From contig JBPOID010000005.1 of assembly GCA_052034805.1 (NCBI GenBank), forward strand, positions 50,984 to 114,983: DNA of 64,000 bases, read 5' to 3'. The translations under genes were made by a program, and so were the position numbers. The notes under the pieces were generated by a model. That model saw only the letters and a program-made list of their open reading frames with translations, had not been told where the DNA came from and did no database searches. Positions 18,194 to 26,392 of this stretch are shown here, one piece after another (positions within the stretch are counted from its first letter, which is position 1; each line of letters begins with the position of its first letter). Source of the stretch: Candidatus Tayloriibacteriota bacterium (lineage in GTDB: Bacteria; Patescibacteriota; Minisyncoccia; Phycocordibacterales; PALSA-1337).

Positions 18194-19279
18194 ATGAACC
18201 TAAAACTGATGAGGCCAAGTCTCGATGCTATCACCGTGATAGACAAAGACGGTAAACCCCAAGAAAGATTGGTTTTCCGGGGTGTTATCGATGCAAGTAC
18301 GATTGATTCCATCAAAACAGCTGAATACCAGAGGGAAATTCTCTCTGGAGTAAAGGCTAGCTCACTTACTGTGGCGGCCAAGAATTCTACCCTGCCGGAT
18401 ATTGAGCTCGGTATGCGCGGAGACAGATATCAAACAAGGATAGATAAAGACAGGAATGAAGAATTCTTTATCTTACTTGATGATATCTATGTCATCGACG
18501 GCCTACAGAGAATCAACGCTATCAGAACAGTGATGGCGAGTAAGCCTGAGAATCTTCCGAGGATCGGGGCAATGATTCACACTGATACCGATTTTGATTG
18601 GGAGCGAGAGAGATTTCGTACACTCAATCAAGAAAGATCAAGACTTTCACCAAGCATTCTGCTTAGGAACGCAAGAAAAGATCATCCCGGTCTCGAATTG
18701 CTCTATAACCTGAGCACGACCGACTCCAGCTTTATCTTGAATGGTAAAGTGTCATGGGAACAAAGGCAAAAGAAAACTGAGCTCATACCAGCAATGCGCT
18801 TTTGTCGAACCGTGAGTTATCTGCATTCAAGGTTTATCCCTGGTGGTAGATCAGATGATGTTAGAGAACTCATACCATCTCTTGATAAAAAAAGAGATCT
18901 GGTTGGTCCTAATATCATGAGAGATAATATCAAAGCATTCTTTGACCTCATCGATGAATGCTGGAATATCAGACACATTGTCTACAGAGAGCAACAACCT
19001 CAGATCAAGGCGACATTCCTTGAAGTGGTTGCCGACTTTTTGACGAGACATGAGATTTTCTGGAGTGACAAGCGACTGTTCGTGAAAGCTGATCACAAGA
19101 AAAAGCTTTCGAAATTCGCCATAACCGATCCAGAGGTATCCAGACTCTGCGGTTCTGGTGGACAAGCAAGAAATATTCTGTTCCAAATGCTGATTGAACA
19201 CTTTAACAGTGGCAAAAGGCATGGAAGAATCGGAGTAGAACACACGAATGGAAACAGCGAGGAGAATGGGCATGAATAG
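18194..19279 (+). CDS. DGQHR/ParB-Srx-like domain protein, cassette-type
   Basis: EYQRE and VIDGLQR motifs, F..LN motif (FRTLNQ); AAAGAGGT SD. Confidence 0.65.
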   Translation: MNLKLMRPSLDAITVIDKDGKPQERLVFRGVIDASTIDSIKTAEYQREILSGVKASSLTVAAKNSTLPDIELGMRGDRYQTRIDKDRNEEFFILLDDIYVIDGLQRINAIRTVMASKPENLPRIGAMIHTDTDFDWERERFRTLNQERSRLSPSILLRNARKDHPGLELLYNLSTTDSSFILNGKVSWEQRQKKTELIPAMRFCRTVSYLHSRFIPGGRSDDVRELIPSLDKKRDLVGPNIMRDNIKAFFDLIDECWNIRHIVYREQQPQIKATFLEVVADFLTRHEIFWSDKRLFVKADHKKKLSKFAITDPEVSRLCGSGGQARNILFQMLIEHFNSGKRHGRIGVEHTNGNSEENGHE

Positions 19280-19308
19280 TATCCTCTGTTTCAACTAAAT
19301 ACTATCAA

Positions 19309-19339
19309 CCAGCACCCCTTAAAAGGTGCTGGCTTTTTT
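19309..19339 (+). terminator. Intrinsic terminator
   Basis: ccagcacc / ggtgctgg stem plus T-run. Confidence 0.8.
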
Positions 19340-19364
19340 ATACAAAAAGCATAATATATTATAA

Positions 19365-20219
19365 ATGAAAACTGAAATCGTAATCATACTCGGCCCAACA
19401 GCTGTAGGAAAAAGTGATTTCGCAGTAGAATACGCCATAAAAAATAATGGTGAAATAATATCTGCAGATTCTAGACAGGTATATAAGAAACTAGATATAG
19501 GTACAGGAAAAATAACAAAAGAAGAAATGAAGGGTATACCCCATTATCTTTTAGATATAGTAGATGCAAAAGAACAATTCAATGTAGATAAATGGAAAAC
19601 ATTAGCAGAAAAAGCTATTGTTGATATTTCGAATAGAGGAAAATTACCCATAATATGTGGCGGTACAGGTTTCTATATAGATGCATTAGTAAATGATATT
19701 TCTTATCCAGATATACCACACAATGAAAAGTTGCGTGAAGAGTTGAAAGATAAAGATAAAAAAGAAATATTAAATATATTAGAAAAATTAGACAAAGATT
19801 ATGTTAATAGATTAAATAATTCAGAAAAAAATAATAAACAAAGATTAATACGAGCCATAGAAATAGTACAATCAAAAGGCAAAATGCAAGAAATTATCCA
19901 TAAAAAAGATAATGATAAATACGATGTAACATGGATCGGACTTAATTGTGATATAGAAATATTGAAAGAAAGAATACATAATCGCCTAATAAAGCGCATA
20001 GAAAAAGGTATGATAGAGGAAGTAGAAGATCTATATAAACAAGGTCTTTCTTGGAATAGAATGGAAGAATTGGGACTTGAATATAGATATATATCTAGAT
20101 ATTTGAGAGGAATGATTACAAAAGAAGAAATGATAAAACAATTAGAATTAGAAATAAATCATTATGCAAAAAGACAAATGGTATGGTTCAAGAGAAATAA
20201 AAAGATAGAATGGGTGTAA
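19365..20219 (+). CDS. miaA: tRNA dimethylallyltransferase
   Basis: GPTAVGKS, ISADSRQVY, DIGTGK, CGGTGFY, YAKRQMVWF. Confidence 0.96.
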   Translation: MKTEIVIILGPTAVGKSDFAVEYAIKNNGEIISADSRQVYKKLDIGTGKITKEEMKGIPHYLLDIVDAKEQFNVDKWKTLAEKAIVDISNRGKLPIICGGTGFYIDALVNDISYPDIPHNEKLREELKDKDKKEILNILEKLDKDYVNRLNNSEKNNKQRLIRAIEIVQSKGKMQEIIHKKDNDKYDVTWIGLNCDIEILKERIHNRLIKRIEKGMIEEVEDLYKQGLSWNRMEELGLEYRYISRYLRGMITKEEMIKQLELEINHYAKRQMVWFKRNKKIEWV

Positions 20220-20233
20220 AGAATGGGTGTAAA
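20208..20233. repeat. 13-bp tandem duplication spanning the miaA stop codon
   Basis: gaatgggtgtaaa twice. Confidence 0.9.
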
Positions 20234-20262
20234 AAAGAACCACGCGCTTGCGCACGTGGTTT
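20231..20262. terminator. Intrinsic terminator between convergent genes
   Basis: aaccacg-cgcttgcgca-cgtggtt hairpin, GCAA loop on - strand. Confidence 0.75.
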
Positions 20263-20287
20263 TGGAAAACTAAAATTCAAGAATTGA

Positions 20288-21220
20288 CTAGAATTGCTTT
20301 GGCAGGAATCCAGATGCAGCACCATAGCCCGCAGAAACACTATAAACATTACTAGCATCAAAAGATAGCATCCCATTCTCTTCATCGAATTCAAAGCAGG
20401 GCGACCTAGAGAAGTTGCCTTCCTCATCAGAGAACCATTCGTCGCCTGCACAATCAATCCACAAATCATCGTAATCTTGAATACGATCAGGATGTGTGAG
20501 AAGCATCGAACCTACAGCGAATACACCAAGGCCGAATTCATATTCCATATCTTCCATGATGACTCTCGAACGATTGGTAGAACGACCACGATGACGAAGG
20601 CCGAACTGAGCAGGAATGATGAGAATATTAGCATCACCTTGTGTTCTAGCTATCTCATTCCAGAATTGCTCGGAACGACTAGACTGACGCAAATACTTAT
20701 CATTCATTTCATCAGCAAGTGACCTGTAGTTACGTATACTCTTGATAGTAGAGATGATTCTCTTTACCGCCTCACAATAGGTAGAACCGAAAACTTCAGG
20801 ATTCTTCTTCCAGTTAGGAATAGCGAACCAACCTTCTGCAAATCTTGGTAGTCCAGCCGAACGAATACTATTAGTATTGACGAGTATTGTCCGACTGCTT
20901 ACAAAGATCTCTGGAAACAATCCACATAGAAGACTTATCTGATGAGATAAATCCAGAAGTTTGTAACCCGATGGATAACCAGATATGGATTCAATCTCTT
21001 GTTCAGCATACTCATCTACATTTTCAAACTTAGCAATCTGACGAGCAACAAGTGACTGAATGGACGTCACGAATTCAGGATTACCTTTGACGCGTTCCGC
21101 ACTCTTCTCGTTCAAAGCATCAAGTGCATTTTGCACAGGATCAGAATCTGCAACATCACTGATCATACGGATAAGTTGCTTCCTTTGATCATCACTTATC
21201 CCTTCTTGAGTAAGTGCCAT
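20288..21220 (-). CDS. Hypothetical protein, cassette-type
   Basis: 310-aa GC-richer ORF with AAAGGAG SD, own promoter and terminator. Confidence 0.75.
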   Translation of the reverse strand: MALTQEGISDDQRKQLIRMISDVADSDPVQNALDALNEKSAERVKGNPEFVTSIQSLVARQIAKFENVDEYAEQEIESISGYPSGYKLLDLSHQISLLCGLFPEIFVSSRTILVNTNSIRSAGLPRFAEGWFAIPNWKKNPEVFGSTYCEAVKRIISTIKSIRNYRSLADEMNDKYLRQSSRSEQFWNEIARTQGDANILIIPAQFGLRHRGRSTNRSRVIMEDMEYEFGLGVFAVGSMLLTHPDRIQDYDDLWIDCAGDEWFSDEEGNFSRSPCFEFDEENGMLSFDASNVYSVSAGYGAASGFLPKQF

Positions 21221-21306
21221 AGACGTTAGCTCCTTTCATGTATGCCGGATTCGCCCCAGCGATTGCGGGTAATTTTTGATGTTTCCATGTCAAATTTCCA
21301 GAGAAA

Positions 21307-21335
21307 ACTATACAATATAGTACAGTATAATGCAA
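21307..21335 (-). promoter_or_regulatory. Sigma70-type promoter of 20288-21220
   Basis: TTGCAT-N17-TATAGT. Confidence 0.6.
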
Positions 21336-21355
21336 TGATTTTAAAAACAAAGTTG

Positions 21356-21426
21356 CGGGCGATCGAGGAATCGAACCCCGGACAACGGTTTTGGAGACCG
21401 TAGTTATACCACTTAACTAATCGCCC
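21356..21426 (-). tRNA. tRNA-Trp(CCA)
   Basis: GGGCGAT/ATCGCCC acceptor, ACGGT-CTCCAAA-ACCGT anticodon arm, TTCGA T-loop. Confidence 0.95.
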
Positions 21427-21448
21427 TAATATACTTTGACAGTATATC

Positions 21449-21604
21449 TTATTTCTTAGCTTCTTTGAAGACTATGTGTTTACGTAGAGATTTACTATAT
21501 TTCTTTAATTCTATTTTCTTCTCTACTGTTTTTCTGTTTTTACGAGTAATATAGATTTCTCCTGTCTCTTTATTACGAAGTGTTATTAGTTTATCTTGTG
21601 ACAT
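21449..21604 (-). CDS. rpmG: 50S ribosomal protein L33 (zinc-free type)
   Basis: Not in ORF track; MSQDKLITLRNKETGEIYITRKNRKTVEKKIELKKYSKSLRKHIVFKEAKK; next to tRNA-Trp. Confidence 0.92.
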   Translation of the reverse strand: MSQDKLITLRNKETGEIYITRKNRKTVEKKIELKKYSKSLRKHIVFKEAKK

Positions 21605-21682
21605 ATTGTATAAAAATCTTAAATATTGTTTACATACATTAACCTATATTGTATAAAAAAGCAAATGGGTCTTTTTTTATAT

Positions 21683-21724
21683 AAAAAGAAAACCGCCTCA
21701 TGCGAAAGCATAAAGCGGTCTTTT
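21683..21724 (-). terminator. Intrinsic terminator
   Basis: accgc..atgc-gaaa-gcat..gcggt hairpin with A-run on + strand. Confidence 0.65.
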
Positions 21725-21773
21725 GAAACCAATGTTGAGAGTGTATCTTGTGATCACTCTCGGCTAGTTTGGT

Positions 21774-22772
21774 CTAGCCTTTGCCACCATCGGACGGACC
21801 AGTATAAAGTTTTCCGGGCTTTTGAAAATCAACCCAGTCAAACTTTACACGATATGTTCCATCTGCTGGAAACACAACAGTATATTCACTGTTAAATTTA
21901 CCAGCACCGGTCCAAGGTCCACCGACCTGACTGAAACTAAGAGCAAAAGGATGTTCAATATTAACTTCGGCGCCATCCTGAACTAAACCACTAATGTCAA
22001 ACCTGATGACTTGACCTTTGGTAACTGTGATCAGGACCGTGGGTTTATTGTAAACTTCCACGATTTTCACCAGCGCTACATCCTTCGGTGAAAGTTCGAA
22101 AACATAGTGACCTTCGATCTTCCAAGATCCATTTCTCTCATTGGTGGCGCCAGGGGTATTACCCTTAGCATCCCAAAGATTATAGGTCATAACATTTCCA
22201 TCAGTGAATCTGATAGAGAGAATACCATTAGGTACACCCGCCATCCAAGTATCAAACAAGACTCTATTATTATTCACTGACACGCTCTCTTTCCGAACAG
22301 TGTTACCATCATCGCCGATAACAAGGATTTCGGCTGATTGAACCTGATCCCCAATCGCAACTCTTTGAATCCAGATATTGTACTGAGGAGGTCCATACTT
22401 TCCGATCTCTGAAACGAGATAGGAAGCGTAGCCGTAGAAAACAAGGTTATTGTCCTTGTCGTAAAGCCACACATGACCCTCGATTTTGTCGAGAGGATTT
22501 GCGACTTTGTACTTGAACTCAACAGCGAAAAGCTGATTGAGTACATCTTCTGCTCCGTTACCAGTCTTACTGGCATAGATGACAGAATTGTCATCATAAA
22601 CCATACTCGATGAAGATACCGACCTCGCCCCACGGACAACTTGTCCGAGAGCATAATTCCTGATCGTATCTTTGGACTGAATCGGCATGTCTACCGCCAG
22701 AGCTTTCGTGCTGAAACTGAAACCGATCACCATCATCAAGATAGCAACGATACTACGAATCATGATTTTCAT
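21774..22772 (-). CDS. Secreted beta-rich hypothetical protein, cassette-type
   Basis: Signal peptide MKIMIRSIVAILMMVIGFSFSTKALA; start reassigned to ATG 22772 after a CAA/A-rich leader with AAGGA. Confidence 0.75.
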   Translation of the reverse strand: MKIMIRSIVAILMMVIGFSFSTKALAVDMPIQSKDTIRNYALGQVVRGARSVSSSSMVYDDNSVIYASKTGNGAEDVLNQLFAVEFKYKVANPLDKIEGHVWLYDKDNNLVFYGYASYLVSEIGKYGPPQYNIWIQRVAIGDQVQSAEILVIGDDGNTVRKESVSVNNNRVLFDTWMAGVPNGILSIRFTDGNVMTYNLWDAKGNTPGATNERNGSWKIEGHYVFELSPKDVALVKIVEVYNKPTVLITVTKGQVIRFDISGLVQDGAEVNIEHPFALSFSQVGGPWTGAGKFNSEYTVVFPADGTYRVKFDWVDFQKPGKLYTGPSDGGKG

Positions 22773-22861
22773 TGTCTTTGTTTCCTTCTTTGGTTTTTCC
22801 TGTGTTTTGTTTTTTGTTGATACTAACACCGAAATTGCTTGTTCAATTCATTCTGTCGTTA

Positions 22862-23227
22862 CTACTTCTGTGCCTCTCTCGCAATCTTTTGACGAGCGAG
22901 AATTTCACTTTCGGCCATTGGAATTGGCTGATTTGATGAAGCACCGATCATATTGAAAGATGCACCCTTATCAACCACCTCAATGACTTCCTGCTCCTGA
23001 CCAGCTCGCTTCGCCATGATCTCTGCTTTGGCATCATGACTGCGATTGTTTGCCGGTACTGCATTCTGCAGAACCGGTGTGGTGTCTTTCTTGAACATAG
23101 GCACCATAACGATGGAGACCATGACGAGAATGAGACCCAAACAGAAGAGAACCACAGGGGTTCTCACGACTTTGTTGTCTCGCCTATCGACGATACGATG
23201 ATTGGTTGCCAGAAACTTATGTCCCAT
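22862..23227 (-). CDS. Single-TM hypothetical protein, cassette-type
   Basis: One TM helix; AAAGGA SD before ATG 23227. Confidence 0.6.
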   Translation of the reverse strand: MGHKFLATNHRIVDRRDNKVVRTPVVLFCLGLILVMVSIVMVPMFKKDTTPVLQNAVPANNRSHDAKAEIMAKRAGQEQEVIEVVDKGASFNMIGASSNQPIPMAESEILARQKIAREAQK

Positions 23228-23357
23228 AATCAAGTCCTTTCAGAAAATCCGCTCTTCATATAACCAAATCCTCTCACACGAGAGAATCCTTTTTACATTG
23301 GTTTGACAAAGAACAGATTAGGCCTTTACTAGGCCATAATTCGATTTACTGTCAAAT

Positions 23358-23386
23358 ATAGTATCATAAAATAGGCGTAGAGTCAA
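23358..23386 (-). promoter_or_regulatory. Sigma70-type promoter of the 21774-23227 unit
   Basis: TTGACT-N17-TACTAT with extended TG. Confidence 0.65.
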
Positions 23387-23422
23387 TGGGTATAATTAGC
23401 ATAAAAAAGTTACAATATCCCA

Positions 23423-24565
23423 ATGAAAACAAAGATAAAAGATGCATTAAGAAAGATAATAAAGAAAGAAACCTATACACCATCACTTATAAACCTTTAT
23501 ATAAATAAGAAAGCACTTATACATAATCTAAACCAATTCAAGAATATTGCAGGAGACAGAGAAATAGCCCCAGTATTAAAAGGCAATGCTTATGGTCATG
23601 GATTAAAAGAAATAGGAGAAATATTAAAAGATCAAAAAGTTCCCTTCTTTATTATTGATTCATATTTTGAAGCAAAAGCCCTAAGAAATGAAGGAATAAA
23701 GACCCCATTACTCATAATAGGATATTCAAGTACAGATTCTATTATAAAAAATTCATTAAAAAATATAAGTTTTACAATAACTAGCATAGAAGCATTGAGA
23801 GATTTATCTAGGAAAATAAATAAAAAAATATCTATACATATAAAAATAGATACCGGAATGAGAAGACAAGGAATTTTATTAGAAGAAATAAGAGAAGCAA
23901 TAGAAATAATAAAATTCAATCCAAATATCTATCTCGAAGGTGTCTGTTCACATTTCTCTAGTGCAGACGATAATAAAGATTCTTTCACAGAAAGACAAAT
24001 GTATGATTGGAATAATTCCATAAAAATCTTTAAAGATTCAATACAGAATATAAAATATTTCCATATAAGCGCAACGGCAGGATCTGTATATAGAGAAGCC
24101 AATGCAAATATGATAAGACTAGGTATAGGACTTTATGGACTTATGGATATAGAAGGATTAAATCTTATACCAATACTTGAAATGAAAACGATAATATCTG
24201 GAATAAAGAAAATAAAAAAAGGAGAATCAGTAGGATATAGCGGTACATACATAGCTCCAAAAGATATGACAATAGCAACAATACCTGTCGGATATTATGA
24301 GGGCATAGATAGAAGACTTTCCAATAAAGGTTTTGTTAAAATAAAAAATATATTTTGCCCAATAATAGGTAAAGTTAGTATGAATATAACTGTTATAGAT
24401 ATTTCAAGAATTGAAAGTCTAAAAATCGGAGATGAAGTAATAGTTATAAGTAATAAAAAAGAAGATAAAAATTCTATAGAAAATATAGCTCGTGATTGTG
24501 AGACTATCTCATACGAAATAGCTGCAGTGCATATCGGTACACATTTGAAAAGGAATGTGGTTTAG
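23423..24565 (+). CDS. alr: Alanine racemase
   Basis: VLKGNAYGHG, HIKIDTGMRRQG, RLGIGLYG, VGYSG, GKVSMN motifs. Confidence 0.95.
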   Translation: MKTKIKDALRKIIKKETYTPSLINLYINKKALIHNLNQFKNIAGDREIAPVLKGNAYGHGLKEIGEILKDQKVPFFIIDSYFEAKALRNEGIKTPLLIIGYSSTDSIIKNSLKNISFTITSIEALRDLSRKINKKISIHIKIDTGMRRQGILLEEIREAIEIIKFNPNIYLEGVCSHFSSADDNKDSFTERQMYDWNNSIKIFKDSIQNIKYFHISATAGSVYREANANMIRLGIGLYGLMDIEGLNLIPILEMKTIISGIKKIKKGESVGYSGTYIAPKDMTIATIPVGYYEGIDRRLSNKGFVKIKNIFCPIIGKVSMNITVIDISRIESLKIGDEVIVISNKKEDKNSIENIARDCETISYEIAAVHIGTHLKRNVV

Positions 24566-24610
24566 GGATAATTGTGATTAAGATCTTTTTAAATAAGAAT
24601 ATCTCCAAAT

Positions 24611-24640
24611 AAAAACAACACCCATTTGAGTGTTGTTTTT
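24611..24640. terminator. Bidirectional terminator
   Basis: aaaaacaacac / gtgttgttttt inverted repeat between convergent genes. Confidence 0.7.
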
Positions 24641-24671
24641 ATTATTTTATATTTAATACTAAATAAATATA

Positions 24672-25511
24672 TTATTCGGCATAAACTACAGCTGTATTTG
24701 TATAACCTGTATTAGCTGAACCCTTATAAGATCTTACTCTATAATAAGCTGTATTCGGCATATTATAATCTGTATAACTTGTAATATTTGAACTAGCAGT
24801 TCCAATTTGACTGAAAGTTACATTATTTGAACTCCTTTCAATTTTGAAACCATCTTCATTTGAAGAATTATCATTCCATCTCAATATAACTGATGTTGTA
24901 GTAGCTGTTGATGTAGATACTGCTGTTAGATTTGATGGTGCAGGTGTATATGTTATAGATGTATTAATATTACTCATCTTTACACCACCTCCACCGCTTG
25001 TATAAACAGCGCCTATTTCAAGTGTAGATGTAGAAGTTTTTATAAATGTTAAACCACTAAATGTAGTTGTTGATAGTGTAGTAGGAACTGTTCCACTAAG
25101 TTTATAATCACCACTATCAGCACTATTATTTCCAGAAAAACGATAGAAAACATTCATAGTTGTTGTTCCACCAGTTGTATTTATACGAGAAGCACAAGGA
25201 GTTATACTAATATCAGTAATTACTGAACTTGTTGAAATATTAGATAAATTTATCTTGTATGAATCTCTTGAGGTTGTTGCTGAAGTATAGACGTAATCAG
25301 TATTACCATTACATGGAGTTTCGTCAACCATTGTGTAATGTAACGTACTTGTACTCACTGACCAACTCTGATATGTTCCATCTTCAATAGGGACAAGAAC
25401 TGATGTTATATTAGCCAATGCAACAAACTTAAAAAGAAGAATGCCGGCTAACACAAAAAAACCGAATGACAAAAAATACTTATACTTAGAAATACGATCG
25501 ATATATGACAT
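24672..25511 (-). CDS. Secreted Ser/Thr-rich protein with C-terminal fibronectin type III domain
   Basis: PAPSNLTA...LRWNDNSSNEDGFKIERS...YYRVRSY FN3 signature. Confidence 0.8.
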   Translation of the reverse strand: MSYIDRISKYKYFLSFGFFVLAGILLFKFVALANITSVLVPIEDGTYQSWSVSTSTLHYTMVDETPCNGNTDYVYTSATTSRDSYKINLSNISTSSVITDISITPCASRINTTGGTTTMNVFYRFSGNNSADSGDYKLSGTVPTTLSTTTFSGLTFIKTSTSTLEIGAVYTSGGGGVKMSNINTSITYTPAPSNLTAVSTSTATTTSVILRWNDNSSNEDGFKIERSSNNVTFSQIGTASSNITSYTDYNMPNTAYYRVRSYKGSANTGYTNTAVVYAE

Positions 25512-25611
25512 ATTATCTTTATTAATTATTAATAACAGTATAAATTATAACATCTTATGGGTATTAATAAAAAAATAAAAAAGTGGGTATATGATTATTT
25601 ATTTATAAAAA

Positions 25612-25697
25612 TGGTGCGCCGGGCTGGACTCGAACCAGCGATGGCCAATGGCCGCTTGATTTACAGTCAAGTGTAATAGCCGCTATACGACCGGCGC
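25612..25697 (-). tRNA. tRNA-Tyr(GTA), encoded CCA
   Basis: GCGCCGG/CCGGCGC acceptor, CTTGA-CTGTAAA-TCAAG anticodon arm, long variable arm. Confidence 0.93.
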
Positions 25698-26314
25698 AAA
25701 TATTTACTCCTATATGAGTCTATCATCTTTTTTATTTCTAGCAAGAGTTTCTTATCATGATAACGTATATGTATTAACCCATACTTCATTTTTCTTCCAT
25801 CAGTTTTATAATCTTTTCTTACATATGGTTTAATAAATTGTTTATATGAAATATTTGTACACTTACTCCAAAAATCAATCAATTTATTTATATTCTGATC
25901 AGAATAACAATACAATAATACACGAAATTTACTTTCGTCTAATATGTAATTATTTCTCAAGAATCTAAGAAATAATAAAATCATATCGACATCACTATTA
26001 GCAAAATCAATTAATTTAGCGGGATTTTTATTATCACCTTTATAACCTTCTCCCCAATAAAGCATAGCACCTATAGCTGAAAGTTCATTTGAATTTTTAT
26101 TTAATTTTCTTATAGAAAATGATGGCTTCTTATTCTCAAATCTCATTTTCTGTTCTTCTTTTAATGTTCTTCTAGATAAATTATTCTTTCTCATAAAGTA
26201 TGCAACACAATCTAGAGAAACCTTCAATTCTTTAGCAATAGATTTCATACTATATTTTTTTATATAGTAAAGTTTTTTAACTAACTCAAGTTTTGATTGA
26301 GAAATTTTAGCCAT
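25667..26314 (-). CDS. HTH plus LAGLIDADG-like (LYWGEG) putative homing endonuclease overlapping the tRNA-Tyr 5' end
   Basis: N-terminal HTH (SMKSIAKELKVS), IGAMLYWGEG helix, IDFANSD motif; last 31 nt lie inside the tRNA. Confidence 0.7.
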   Translation of the reverse strand: MAKISQSKLELVKKLYYIKKYSMKSIAKELKVSLDCVAYFMRKNNLSRRTLKEEQKMRFENKKPSFSIRKLNKNSNELSAIGAMLYWGEGYKGDNKNPAKLIDFANSDVDMILLFLRFLRNNYILDESKFRVLLYCYSDQNINKLIDFWSKCTNISYKQFIKPYVRKDYKTDGRKMKYGLIHIRYHDKKLLLEIKKMIDSYRSKYLRRSYSGYYT

Positions 26315-26320
26315 ATAATA

Positions 26321-26348
26321 ATTATATATACCAAATAATACAAGTCAA
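26321..26348 (-). promoter_or_regulatory. Promoter for a leaderless transcript of 25667-26314 plus tRNA-Tyr
   Basis: TTGACT-N16-TATAAT, 6 nt before the ATG. Confidence 0.6.
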
Positions 26349-26392
26349 AGGACACTGTACAGAAAACACAGTCAATTTACTAAATAACAATT

